64,000 bases of DNA from positions 52,950,001 through 53,014,000 of the forward strand of contig NW_024704742.1 in the NCBI RefSeq assembly GCF_018977255.1, in the 5' to 3' direction. This document shows, piece by piece, positions 13,006 through 25,802 of the stretch (position 1 is its first letter; each line of letters opens with the position of its first letter). The DNA is from Callorhinchus milii (lineage: Eukaryota). The translations under genes and the position numbers were made by a program. The notes under the pieces were generated by a model that saw only the letters and a list, made by a program, of their open reading frames with translations, did no database searches and was not told the origin of the DNA.

Positions 13006-15129
13006 ATTGTTTGTGTTGCAATATTGCTCTTGCTTGCGGCAAATTTCAGCTCAAGGGAATAGTCCTGAAAGCAGAGGATTTGTGCAACTGTATGAGAAGA
13101 AATCTAAAGTGGGTGATTTGACACAGCACCTCCCAGAAAATGGATTTGAAATTGGTTCAAACTAAGAAATTCAGAGAGGATTATTCAAGGGTTTTAGTGA
13201 GGCTGTTACTGACACAAAAAACAGCTGCTAACATTTTTGCCAGTGTTATGTTCTAAATTAATTTGCCTTGTTATAATAACTATAATATTGTTCTAAGTGA
13301 TATCCAAAATATTATACTCAGATATCCGGGATCTGTCTTATACTTTATATTCAACTCTTCACAATACTGGTAACTGATCAAAAATGCAATGAAATTGTGA
13401 ACACTAGGATAGGGTAGCACAGTAGGGTTAATGCACAGTCTGTTTACCTATTGTCTGGGCCAATTGAGAAGTGCAGCCGGAATCTGCTCTGCACACTGTT
13501 TGCTCGAAGTGGCGCGAGCGGGAAATCAACTTCGCCCGGCGCCCAGCCTGGACTGAGCTCCTACAACCAATTCTTAGTAAGTGCTGCACTATTCATTTAC
13601 TATGTACTATGCTGTTGGACAATCTATTTTAAACATAACTACACGCCCATAATTTTAATCTGGGGTTGTTTCACAAAATGTGTCTCTCAATAGCACCAAC
13701 CAACCCTCCGCAAATTTCTGCAAAATTTATCAAATCTCTCCACAATTTCCAGAGCTCTTTTTTGCGAAATGCCCAGAATTTGGGGCAAATATTTCAGCAC
13801 TTTTCTATTGGCCCAGCCTATAGTATACGGGTTTGAATCCAAAGTAGACCTGATGGGGTGAAGAAGCCTTCCCACCAGGTCCTCGGGGGAATGTGTGCAA
13901 ATATCATTTGATATCTACTAACCATCACCTTGAAGAATGTAAAACTTCACCAAATAGACAGGTGAAATAATAAAAATGTGAATCTTAAAAGGAAAATTGT
14001 TGTTTTGGTGCATTCCCCATTGTGTGTGTGACTTTCCATTTTTAGACGAATGAAATTATTAATAAATAATATTATTCATTTTGTTCGGGGGATGGAGCGA
14101 GGTCTCTGTGAATGCCTTGCTTTTCAGACAGGAGGAGAAATGAGACTATTTTTAATACATAAATTGATTGTTAGAAAGTTTAAACATTAGCCTTCTGTAT
14201 CTGGTTGACTTTTCACAGAGCCTCCTCCTCTCTCAGTGGTGGGTCTCAGTTATGTGAGATCCGAGGTGACTGCAAACATTTCAGGGATACAATTACAGTT
14301 GCACCAGATTAATCACTAATTGCACTTGTGATGAAACTTTTCCCTGATTCTCAGCAGCGTTTCTCTTTTTAACTCCTGGAGTAGATGTTGGATTATGCAA
14401 TTTGTGGTCATTTTCTAGTATTAAAATATTATGGGGTGTTTTTAATTCCCAGAGTAGTTAAATCAGAGATAATCTGACCTAAAGGGCACAATACAAGTGT
14501 AATTTGCTGTTGCTGTATCCAGCTAGCCAAACGTCCAGTGCTTCGACCTACAGGCTGGTAGTATATTGGATGGCATAGTTAGCTTTAGTCGCAACCATTG
14601 TGATGGACTCAAGGTGGGGTGGGGGGGATCACATCTGCAGACAAGTTGATAATTATCACATCACAGGTGGCAATCTTCACCTCATCCAGGGCTTGGCTCT
14701 GTGAAGGAGCAGCACTAAATGGGTTGATGACCTGCACGCTGAGCTCCCAGCCTCAGCCTGCCTGTGGTTGGAAGGTGAGGTGCAGAACACTGCTACATAA
14801 ACATGGTATCAATACATAAATACTCTACATAAATATGGTCAGAGAGAGAACAAGAAATTCAGAGTGATGGTAAAGGGAATCGGAGACATCTCCAGGAACC
14901 AGCATAAATAAAACAATGTGTTTTTTGGGGGTTAATCGGACTACCGAGACTGCTGTAGAGGGTTAACTCAATTCCAATATTCCATTGCCATGGATGTCAC
15001 ATTGGAGGCAGCTGAACTCCAAGGACAACCCATTTACCTCCTCCACTGCTCTCCTCCCTCCAGGAATCTCACATGTTGGATAAGAAAAAGCATGAATGCA
15101 AGAAATCTAAAAGAAAACAAGAACAAGTT

Positions 15130-15310
15130 ATAAATACACAGCAGTACAATCAGAAAGAGAAAGATAGATTAACATTTTGTCGATGACCTTTCATCAGAAC
15201 TGGTCACACCTCCGTCACACATTTTAGTTCTCATGAAGGGTCCCAGAGGCTTGAGACATTAACTTGTTTTCTCTTTCTGATCCTGATTGAACTATTGTGT
15301 GTTTACAGAG
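15130..15310. mobile_element. Degenerate Penelope-like inverted element
   Basis: GATGACCTTTCATCAGAACT ... AGTTCTCATGAAGGGTC with outer arms CAGAAAGAGAAA / TTTCTCTTTCTG. Confidence 0.65.
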
Positions 15311-15519
15311 CAGAGCAATGTTAGTGAGGGGTGTGGAGAGAGGAAAAAAAGGAAGGGGGAAAATACCTTAAGGAGTGACTTTTATGCTCAAATAGGAAAG
15401 ACATTGACTGAAGTAATAAAACAAACACAAGCACGCAGTACCTTTCAGTTATATACTAATAATAAAGTACAATATTAGTATAATTTTTACTTTATAACCT
15501 ATTTATAAAATGTTGGCAG

Positions 15520-15655
15520 GTCTACTAGCACCAGTATGGGTACCAGGGCATTGTCACATGACAGCATTTTTATCCCAGATGGTTCAACAGCTGATGGAAC
15601 ATCAGCACAAGCCATATCCCAAGAAAACATCTCAGGAAAAATTCAAAGCCTTCAG
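15520..15655 (+). CDS. CRACD: CRACD exon containing MGTRALSHDSIFIPDG (ATG at 15536)
   Basis: ggcAG acceptor, CAG|GTAAG donor; close match to the recalled human CRACD N-terminus MGTRAFSHDSIFIPDG. Confidence 0.95.
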
Positions 15656-15803
15656 GTAAGAGATTTTGTAATACTAACATGGTTTATTACAAGACAGAGA
15701 TGCAGTAAATACAACGCTGTTTATTAAAGGGCAGCGATGCAGCCACATTACAACAACAACAACAACAAGATTCCATTTATACTGCACAGTTGGGTCATGA
15801 CCC

Positions 15804-16180
15804 GTCCTGTAGCTTAATGGTTATTAGAGCACTTGCCTTGCAAGTGTGAGACCTGGGTTCGATTCCCGACAGGGCAAAACATTTGGTAAGTTTCCTTACT
15901 CCACACGCCTCAGTTTGCCTAGCAGTTTACCCGGTTGTTAGTGGATTGGCAGATCGCTTTCCATGGCTAATAATTCCTCAAAAGAAAATAGTAATAATAA
16001 ATTGGTCACTTCAATCCACGACTGTTTGTGGGAGACTACTGTGTGCAATTGGCTGCCGTGTTTCGTCCACAAAATATACAGTCAATTCACTTCACAGTAT
16101 ATTCTGTGAATCGCTTTGAGACGTATCGAAGATGTGATAAGACGCTATATCAAATGCAAGGATTATTATTTATTTATTAT
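15804..16180 (+). mobile_element. tRNA-headed SINE, long subfamily
   Basis: Head GTCCTGTAGCTTAATGG, B box GTTCGATTCC, common tail. Confidence 0.9.
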
Positions 16181-19100
16181 TAACATGCTCAGTCAAGCAT
16201 ACCAGCAAGCTTTGCTAAAGCACGAATTAGGAATTTATGGATCCCAAACACTGCATTATAACAGACTCTGCTATACTAAAAGTGAGCATTACAGGGAAGC
16301 GGCAGGCATGTTCCTTGTCGGCTTCATGGTATGTGACCCAGCTCAGCTTACACAATAGTCAGTGATTAAGCTTTGTGTCGTTAAAATTCATTGTTTGACT
16401 CTGAAATAACCTCAATTTGGAAAACATCAAATTGGAATGCAAGTCCTCGTTGAATTGATTGCAGTGAATTTTCCCTTTGTTAGTAAATTTACTAGCCTTT
16501 GGCAATATAATACTTCAAATCAGATTGTTATCATTATAAATGCACATAGGCAGGTCCAATAGATTTCCTATCAAGGAAAAAAAAGCTCCATTTTATTTTT
16601 GATTGTGAATCTACCATGAGAGTTTAACAGATATGCAGCCCAACTGATCGTTGGCAAACGGGGTTCAATTGAAAGAGAAATGCAAGGTACTTTATATAGG
16701 AAACAAAGGAGGCTTGAAATGTGACATTTTAGAGCGGATACTTTTGAGGCATACAGTATGAACATTACAGCACTGAAACAGGCTATCTGACCCAACTAGT
16801 GTTCACCTTATCAAGTCCTTTCATAATTTTAAATACCTCTGTTATATCCCCTGTAAAGTGTTTCATCTTCAGGGACAGGTGAAATAAACCTGAGACAATA
16901 CTTTTAGATTTGTAAAAGCAGCAGAGCAGGAGATCACTGGTTCAGTTGTGAAGGTCAAGTTTTAGACAGACAAGTATTTCATTACAGATTGGATAATCAA
17001 CAGCTGAACTGAAAGGGGTGTTTAGGAGCTGGGCTCGACTCATTTAATATAAAGCTTGATGCAATAATCCAAACGCAAAAGAGTGTGTATTTTGGAAAGA
17101 TGATCAAAGTTCAAATGGCTTTCTTCACTCAAACCTCTCATGATTTTGTGAGATCCACATTCCTTCATGTGAAACTTTATCAAAAGACTTCCTTGGAAAA
17201 TCCATGTTCATACTACTACAACTCAAAATAATATTCCATGTATGTACTAATAGTAAATAATAAGTGAAGTAATTCAATAAACCTGTTGCTAAAATTGATA
17301 AATATTAATACAAATGCTAAAGTTGTTAAAATGTCACATACTGTAATACAAAGAAAGATTAGGAGATTCTGAAATAAAAGGGATGACGCAAGTGGTATAA
17401 GGCACTGCTTCAATTATCAAAATGAGATAGGTCAAATTACTACAAAGTTGCATAACTACCAGTTATATGACTAGGTGGATCAGTGGGTTGCACATTGTCC
17501 TTTCGTAGCTGATATCCGGGTGTAAACCATCCCATGATGGGATGAAAGTCTCTTCTGCTTTAAGATTTTCATGTGGAAAATTTTACGGAGAAGTCTCAAC
17601 ACAGATCCATCAAATCTCAGCCAACAGCACAGCAAAGATATTTGCATATCATTAATCTAGACTGGATTTAACCCAAATCCCAGAGAAAAGTAGACATCTC
17701 CTGCATCAAAATGTGTATATCTATCTATGATTGAAACAAGGTATAAAGTACACTGCCATTTTTGATACTTGAACACTAATATTACCCTAGGTGATAGAAA
17801 TATTGTAGTTTCAAGCCTTTTTAACTAAATTGGAACTCTTTAGGCATGGAACCCTTTGCTTTAGTTAGGATTTACATACTGTAACACTGAAAATTAATCA
17901 AATGCACAGATATCAGGGCTCCTTTCCCCAGTGAGTAAAAACATTGCCCTATTAAACCACACAGGCCAGAAAATGATAGACTCCATTCCAGGTTAGTGCA
18001 CACAGGTAAGGTTCTAAATTAGCTTCAATGCCCCAGAAATAAATTTTGACATCAATTCTCTGCATAAAGCCCAGTATTAATTCCCTAGATAAAATTGACC
18101 ATTCACTTAATGGCTGTGAGAATTGGCTGCGGTGTTTACCTATAAAATGCACAGTCATTGCAACGTACTATATATTCTGTGAGGCACTTTACAATATTCC
18201 CTAACATGAAAGCCACGATATCAAATGTAAACTTATCATATTATTTTATTATTATATTTATGAGTTATCATTATCTACATCTTAGTGAGATCTACCGTGA
18301 AATAGAAAATGTACTGCTGTTTACAATTTTCTGAAAATGGTGCATGCAAAACAAAGGGCTGTAGAGGACACAGCACCAGACAAAAACAGCAAAACACAGT
18401 TACTACATTTTACAGTAAAATCCTTGGCGTTTGAAACATCACCAAATTATAACTTTCTCAGATCAACCTTTTCAATCCCTTTCAAACCCTTGAAAACTTC
18501 CTTTGGGTCACTGCAGACTTTTATGAAAGAAACAAGCCCAAAGTCCTTCATATTTCCCAGTAATTTAAATTGTTGATACTTAGGATCATCGTGATTCCTT
18601 GAATCTGTGCCTCTAAAAGACATTAATATGTTTCCTAAGACTCAGTTTGAGACATCCACCTACTTGAAAGCTGTCATATAAGTGAAGGGCAAGTTGTCAA
18701 CGTTGATTGTGACATGAACATAATACAGTGCTCCACACAAGGGTCAGACCATCATCTTATACACTGATAATATGCAATGCTGCGTCTTATCTTTTTTTNC
18801 TTAGCTTCATTTCAATGTACCAACAGCACTACAGCTTGTGTTGCTCACAGAGGTATGGTCCAGTTGTACTCTTGCATTATTTCTAGCCATACGATATACA
18901 GGCATTAAGTATATCTAATTATCACAATCTTGTGGGAAACATGTCTTCAATTGGATTACATTGTTTCAGTGTGGCACTGACTGTGTCCTTACCAAGTTTC
19001 ACAAAAAATTGGATGAACTGTCATTTTGCTATGCTGCAATTATCGCTGGTAAAAGTTGTCTTGTTACAGAGGTGCCATAAAATTGTTCTTTTGAGATCTG

Positions 19101-20904
19101 CTGAGTACTGTACAACAGGAAGCATCAATAAAACGGCTCAGCAGATAACAATTAATGCAAGCTTTTGTTTATGCACAAATGGAAGAAGCCGTGAGTCATA
19201 TAAGTTATCAACAGTATTCTGTGAAGCGCTTTTAGACATCTCAAAGACGTGATAAGGCACTACATCAAATGAAAGGACTATTATTATTATTATTATCACT
19301 TAATATGTCAATAAACTAGAAGCATTTCATTTTCTAGAGCCGTCAGATTTCTTGGTGTTTGCATTGCCTGTTAACAGACTCAGCACTCAGCAGCACTGCC
19401 AATCACTCAGTTTGATTTGAATCAGTAATCTTATTTTGATGTGCCACTCAGACAGAATAACTAGAGTCTTCAAATGGGTTTTCAATCATTTTCATGCTTT
19501 TCCTGATCATAAATTGAAGTTTTAATATTTCACTGAATGCCAACAATTCAGTTCAAATCACACAATTACTATTTTTACACCAGATTCAGTCTAGCCCTCA
19601 AAGTTCAAAACACTAGCTGGTTCAAGGTCCAGCCTTTGGCCTCACAAACCAGTCGCGTTCATCAGACAAGTGATAATTTTTGAGTAAATCCAACATCCAA
19701 TGAATCAAAACTCCAATGCAGACCAGATATCCAATGCATGAATTAGCTTGGGGGAGAGGTGGAGGGAGAGGGGTCATACCCCTCAGCCATGTCTTTAGTT
19801 ATTGACTGGTTTCATTGAGTGCATTTATTACAAATTGGTCATTCACTTCATTGCTGTAGGAAATTGCTTTACTCAAATTGGCTGTCTCATTTGCCTACAA
19901 ATGTACAGTCACTAAGTTGACAGGAAACAATGGAATGGTTTGAGATGTTGCAACATGATCAGGCTTTATATCGAATGCAAGGATTATTATTAGAATTAAC
20001 ATGTAACCCCAGTGATAGTTTTAGGGATTATTGGTAGTGAATTTGCTATTGAATTTACTAGTGAATTACACCATTTCAGTCAGAACCTGCTCAGTCACAC
20101 CTGGTTTTAAATGCAGCAACATTCAGGGACTGCTGACTGCTTGACTGGCCCCAGGCAGACTGGAATCGATAAAACATTTACTGAATTTACCGCCATGTAA
20201 TTTTACTATCTACTTGTATCAATAGCCATTAGAGTGAAGAGGAAACTGAATTATTACCAGCCTTTTCCCTGATGCCTTTTGTATTGTCTGGTGCTTGGCA
20301 CAGACATATCTCACTTGACTGATTGGTACTATAGTGAGGCTATAATCACTGCTACGAGATACTCGAAATTGTGAGTGTTAGTGTAAAAGGATAAAATGAG
20401 GGGGAAACACAGCAAGTTATCAACTTATCTATCATGTGCTGTTCACAAACACCAACAAACATATTGTTCTGCATTATATATAGAGGATATATTGCAGGAT
20501 ATCTTAATTATCAGGAGTGAATTTGCATAATTAAGAAATCCAAAAGGGAATTCCTTTCAGCAACCAGCTGGACATCACCTCAACTCAAAAGAAACCTACT
20601 CTTAAAATAAATGAAGTTTGTACATCTACTCCTAGATTTTTTATTAGAAATCTTGTAATACCATAAAAGTCACCCCATATATAATGGGAATGGACCATTA
20701 TATAGTTAGAAATCCCATTGAAACAGTTGAAATTTTCAGGGTGCTACTTTGTTGTAATCACTTTTCATCTCTACCCGTACTTTATGGCCTGATCAGAGTA
20801 GGATTCAACTGAGAATAAATAAGGAAACTCCACTCACGATCTTATCACTGCTATTAAGTGACCCTGCAGCAGGCAAATTTGGTTCGTAAACTTTAGGCTC
20901 TGCA

Positions 20905-22040
20905 TCAACAACAACATAGAATTATTTTGCATCTCTCATGTTAGGAGAATGTTTGAAAGCACTTTACAGAACCCGAGCAGGAGTCCGAGCTGGGGACAAT
21001 GACGCAGGTGGGGATTGAAAACAGAATCTTATGTCTTGGGCAGGATTTGAAAGCAGAGAGGGAAGGAATGATGTGGAGGGGTTTTGGGGAGAGCGTTCTA
21101 TAGAGGGAGGGTGTAAAGTAGTTGAAGGCTCACTCTCTGAGAGCGCAAGTGAGGATGTGAAGCTGGCCTGAGTTGGCAGAACGGAGGCAATGTATAAGTG
21201 AATGCGGAGATAGGGGATGTAAGGACATGGAGGCATTTGAAGGTGAGGATTTTAATGTTGATCCATTAGGGGATAAAGAGCCAGGAGAACCAGGTCGGAA
21301 TAGGACTGATGGGCTCTTGGAGTGTAGTGTGGGAAAGCATACAGGCTCTGGATTTCGGTATGGTCTGGAGCTTGTGAAAGATAGAGCTAGGGAAGTGGCC
21401 AGATTGTGTTAGAAATGTTAAGTCTGGAGGTGACAAAGGTGTGGATGAGGGTCTCAGTTGATGGAGAAGGGTGATGCTGAGGAGATGGAAGAAAGGGGAA
21501 TTGGTCAGAGTCTGCATGAAAGGTTTGAAGGAGAATTGAGGGTCAAGCAAAACACCAATATTATACATGGGCTCTCTGATTTGGAGTGAACTGACAAGGT
21601 TGATATGCTCAGCGCCTGAGGTAAGGAGTCACTGACAGGAGGATGTATTAAAGCTCTTCATAGGATTGGTTATGAACCAAAGTTGGCATGGGGGCAGCTG
21701 AGGAAGGGAGGGGAAGAGGAGACTAAAAGTGCAATGGAAAAAGAAAGATCTTAAGACAGGCTTTAAAGGTGATGAATGAGGGAGCGAGGTGGAGTTCCAT
21801 GGCTGAAAGCTCTCCTACTGATGGTGGGGGGAATGAAGCAAGCCAGTGTTTGCTGAATGGAGGGATTGGCCAGGGCAGCAAGGTTGCAAGAGGTCCCAGA
21901 GATAGGATAGGGCAAGATTATGGAGGGATTTAAATGCAAGGAATTTGATCCACAGATGGTGAGCTTGTAGCACGAGTGAAGGTGGAGTTAATAGGCTCAC
22001 AGAGCCTTATATGGGAGGGGGCATGAGCTGCAGAGTTATG
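20905..22040 (-). mobile_element. Old, degraded L2 fragments
   Basis: YNIGVLLDPQFSFKP and FKSLHNLALSYL; tail CAACAACAAC at the left end. Confidence 0.7.
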
Positions 22041-22045
22041 GATGG

Positions 22046-22153
22046 TGAGGTTAATGGGCATTACTGAGGTTAATGGTCAATACAGAGTTAATAGTTAATA
22101 CTGAGGATAATTAGCTACACAGAGGCTAATGTGAAATACAAAGGTTAATGACT
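22046..22153 (+). repeat. Degenerate 18-19 bp minisatellite, about 6 units
   Basis: Units resemble ACWGAGGTTAATGGTCAAT. Confidence 0.75.
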
Positions 22154-22889
22154 TTTCCTTACAAATTACCAGCCATCAAATAAAGGGATTCAGTTAGTAT
22201 CACATAGCACAAAGCTAAACGTAGATCAATTTATAATTACTTAAAGGCATCAGTTGGGTTACACCCTTAAAAATCATTGTTATCATTTATCCAATAAAAT
22301 ATATAATGAATGTATTGTCAAGTTAGTCTGTTTGCTTTCTGAGTGTTGATACGTGATTCAGAGATTAACTGATGCTGTTGAAAGTGAAATTAATACTGTA
22401 TGACGATCTGCAAAGGGCTTGACAAATTTGATAATGTACATGTTTCAGGACCTGCAGTTTCAGGGGATTATCCTTAACAGTGGTTTCCTGCAAAATGTAC
22501 AAGCATCTATAAATAGTGAAAGTAATTGTTTGCTTCATTTAGAGGTGCAAAGCACCAGTCTGTCAAAAGACAAACCCACCCCCAGAGAGCAGCTTTCTCT
22601 GGTTTAATATGATCAGAGTGAGCTCCTTTTAGTGGCTGTTGTTCAAAATGAAATAACACTGAAACTCACCACAGTAACATCATCACACTATATATGTTCA
22701 CTATTGTTTAAATTAAGCATCGAATCTGTAACAATCATCTTAATTGTCACTGTTTGTTAACAGATTCGATGTGTTAATGAACACATTGAATAAGTTAAGA
22801 AACATTGCAATTTCATTGTTGCATTCCATAGACTACATTGGAGACTATTATTTTATTAATGACGTGAAACCAAACAGCTTTAAAGGATT

Positions 22890-23406
22890 CAATAATAATG
22901 ATAACCGTTGCATTTTGTATAGCGCCTTTCACATCGAGAGGACGTCCCAAAGCGCTTCACATGATTTACTGGGAAGTGGAGTGATTGTGCATTTCTCGGC
23001 AAACACTGCAGCCAATTGGGCTCAGCAATAATAATAATCCTTGCATTTGATACAATGTCCCACAAACAGGCACGGAGTGGATGTACTTATAAAATAATAA
23101 ATAATAATAATCGTTGCATTTGATATAGCGCTTTTCACGTCTTCTAGACGTCTCAAAGTTCTTCGCAGAATATACTGTAAAGTGAATTGACTGTATATTT
23201 GTTGGCGAAATGTGGCAGCCAATTGTGCACAGCAGTGTCCCACAAACAGTCGTAGATTGAAGTGACTAATTTTATTATTGTATTTTTTTTCTTGAGGGAT
23301 TATTATCAGAGTAAGAAAATTTGTCCAAGATTTCGCTCCTGCCAGGAATTGAACCCAGGTCCCTTGTTTGGAGGCGAGTGCTCTAACCATTGAGCTACAG
23401 GACTCC
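22890..23406 (-). mobile_element. Full SINE (about 23095-23406) plus two stacked SINE tail fragments
   Basis: Three TTGCATTT(G)-type tail ends near 22905, 23040 and 23115; head ends at 23406. Confidence 0.88.
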
Positions 23407-23488
23407 TACTCTTATGATGTGGGACTTATGTCCTTATGAGTCCCACATCATTAGTTTTTTTAACTGCTTCCTACCTCCATTAAAAAAT

Positions 23489-23864
23489 GGAGTCCTGTAT
23501 CTCAGTAGTTAGACCACTTGCCTCGCAAGCAAGTGAGAGACCTGGGTTTGATTCCCAGCAGGGCAAAACGTTGGTCAAGTTTCCTTAGTCCACACGCCTC
23601 TGTTTACCTAGCAGTAAGTAGGCATCTCGTCGTTAGTCGATTGGTGGATCGCTTTTCCTGGGTTAATAATTCCTTCAAAAAAAATAATAATAATAAATTG
23701 GTCACTCAATCCATGACTGTGTGTGGGACACTGCTATGCGTAATTGGCTGCCACTTTTCACCCACAAAATATACATTCAATTCACTTTACACTATATTCT
23801 GAAACTTTGAAACTCTCGAAGACGTGATAAGGCGCTATATCAAATGCAAGGATTATTATTATTA
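23489..23864 (+). mobile_element. Full-length tRNA-headed SINE, long subfamily
   Basis: GGAGTCCTGTA head through the AATGCAAGGATTATTATT tail. Confidence 0.92.
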
Positions 23865-24694
23865 TCATTTGAACTATTTCATAGAATGCTGGAAGATGAA
23901 ACAGCAGGGAAGGCATTGAGTGCAATTGATTCTCATTTAATGCATTCTTTAGAAAGACACTGAGGTGAAAGGCCAATTTTCATTGTGAAAAGAATGACTG
24001 ATGTAGAAAGGAGTAGTAGTGAGGATAAAATAAATTGAGGAAGGAGTGGTTAGGTGACATGGGGCTTGGACTGATCCCAAAGGATCGAGTTTAAGATCTT
24101 TGTCCTCACTTTAGTCCTCCAGAGTCTTGCCCTCCCTACTGCTGATACTTGCTAAAAACCTTACCTACCTGCTCCCTCCGCTCAGCGGGTACTGGCCTGC
24201 TCCATGTCCCCAGCCCTGCCCACCCTGCCAACCTCACCATAGGCAGTCGGGTCTTCAGCCTTTCTGCCCTCACCCTCTGGAACTCCCTCTGCTTCGTCCC
24301 CTCCTTTGCTTCCTTCAAGGACTGTCTCAAGGTCCATTTGAGATTATTCTTGCCTAAATATAGATGCCACGGAGGAAAAATTCAGCTTGGGTCTTCATCT
24401 AGACTTTTTCCTTAGCATTTCGGAATGTGCAAAATTTGGGCAATTCAGTGTGAATTCTGAAGTCAATTTCTGCAGTTCTCAGACGAACCTACAGACTTCA
24501 AAATTCAAACTTCAAAATTACAACTGAATTTAAGAACTGTCCAAAATTTTCTCGCACCAAGTCTAGCACCAGATTGAAATTCCAGAATTTAGTATCAGGA
24601 AAAATATGAATTCATTGTAATGTGATGGATTCAAATAGTTTATCTCACTCGTTATGGGCTTATTCTTAGTCAGGAGATCCAATGTGGTGTTTGG

Positions 24695-25125
24695 TAATAA
24701 TAATAATAATTGTATTTGATATAGTATCTTATTATGTTTTCAAGATGTCTCAAAGCGCTTCGTAGAATACTCTGTAAAGTGAATTGACTGTAATATTCTT
24801 TGGGCGAATCGCTGCAGCCAATTGTGCACAGCAGTGTCCCGCAAACACATGGAGTGGATGACCACTTTTATCTGGGGGATGGTTGGCCAGAACCTGGGAA
24901 AAAGCACCCATTTCTTTCCAAATAGTGTCATGGGTTCTTTAACGTCCATCAGAACAAGCAGATGGGTCCTCAATTCTAACATCCTGTTGATGGATGACAC
25001 CTCCGACAATGCAGTGTTTCACCAGTAATGCTTTGGAGTGTCAGACTAGACTGTGAGCTCAGTGGATCTTGAACTCATAAACTTCAAACTCGGAGTTAAA
25101 AGTGCTACCAATTGAGCCAGGTTGA
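24695..25125 (-). mobile_element. Old Deu-domain SINE
   Basis: Reverse complement reads head CCTGGCTCAATTGGTAGCACT, TGTCGGAGGTGTCATCC, GGACGTTAAAGAACCCATG, then tail. Confidence 0.75.
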
Positions 25126-25652
25126 CACTTAAATGAACTGTTTCATGGAGCATATATCTATCAATGGGCCTAAATTCACACAGTTTTGTGCGATTCTTAC
25201 AATAATTGTTTCATCAAACTTTAGGCTTGCAAAGAAAGCACTACAATTTTAATGTGGGAGAGGAGGAGAAGGTTAGGTTGGAAATACTTTCTCTCCAAAG
25301 GATTAGAAGAAACTTTCTATGATTCTATTGCTGTCCCTTAATTGATTTGTGATTCAGAACTGGGTTCCCAGAGATAGGGAAGGTATCACTCCAAAATAGA
25401 ATCATTATTAACAAAAACTGTATACTGGTTCTGTATCATTGATGATGTTGTTTCAGAATTGATCTAGAAGAAATGGACAGACACATGGGCATTATAGTGT
25501 ATGGGGAAATGATTTTAAGAGTTCTGCTTTTGATCTGATAAACTGGCGAAACTGTCTTGATCATCCGAATGGCTTCCTCCTGTTCCTATGACTCAGAATA
25601 ATTTTAAGTATTGTGTAAGATGTAGTGAATTTTATATTTTGTTCTTTTCCAG

Positions 25653-25802
25653 CGCCAACTGGTAAAAAATATCAAATTTGGCCATCCGCCTTCCAGGAAA
25701 ATGGAAGACCTCGGAGCCAGCTCAGAGGATGATGGGACTCTCAGACATCCTTCAGAAAAGTCCTCAATGGAAGAGACACAATTACCAGGCTCAGGACTGA
25801 AG
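25653..25802 (+). CDS. CRACD: CRACD exon RQLVKNIKFGHPP...GSGLK
   Basis: Polypyrimidine tract plus AG, AAG|GT donor, 150 nt, phase 0/0; matches human QQLGKNIKFG. Confidence 0.9.
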
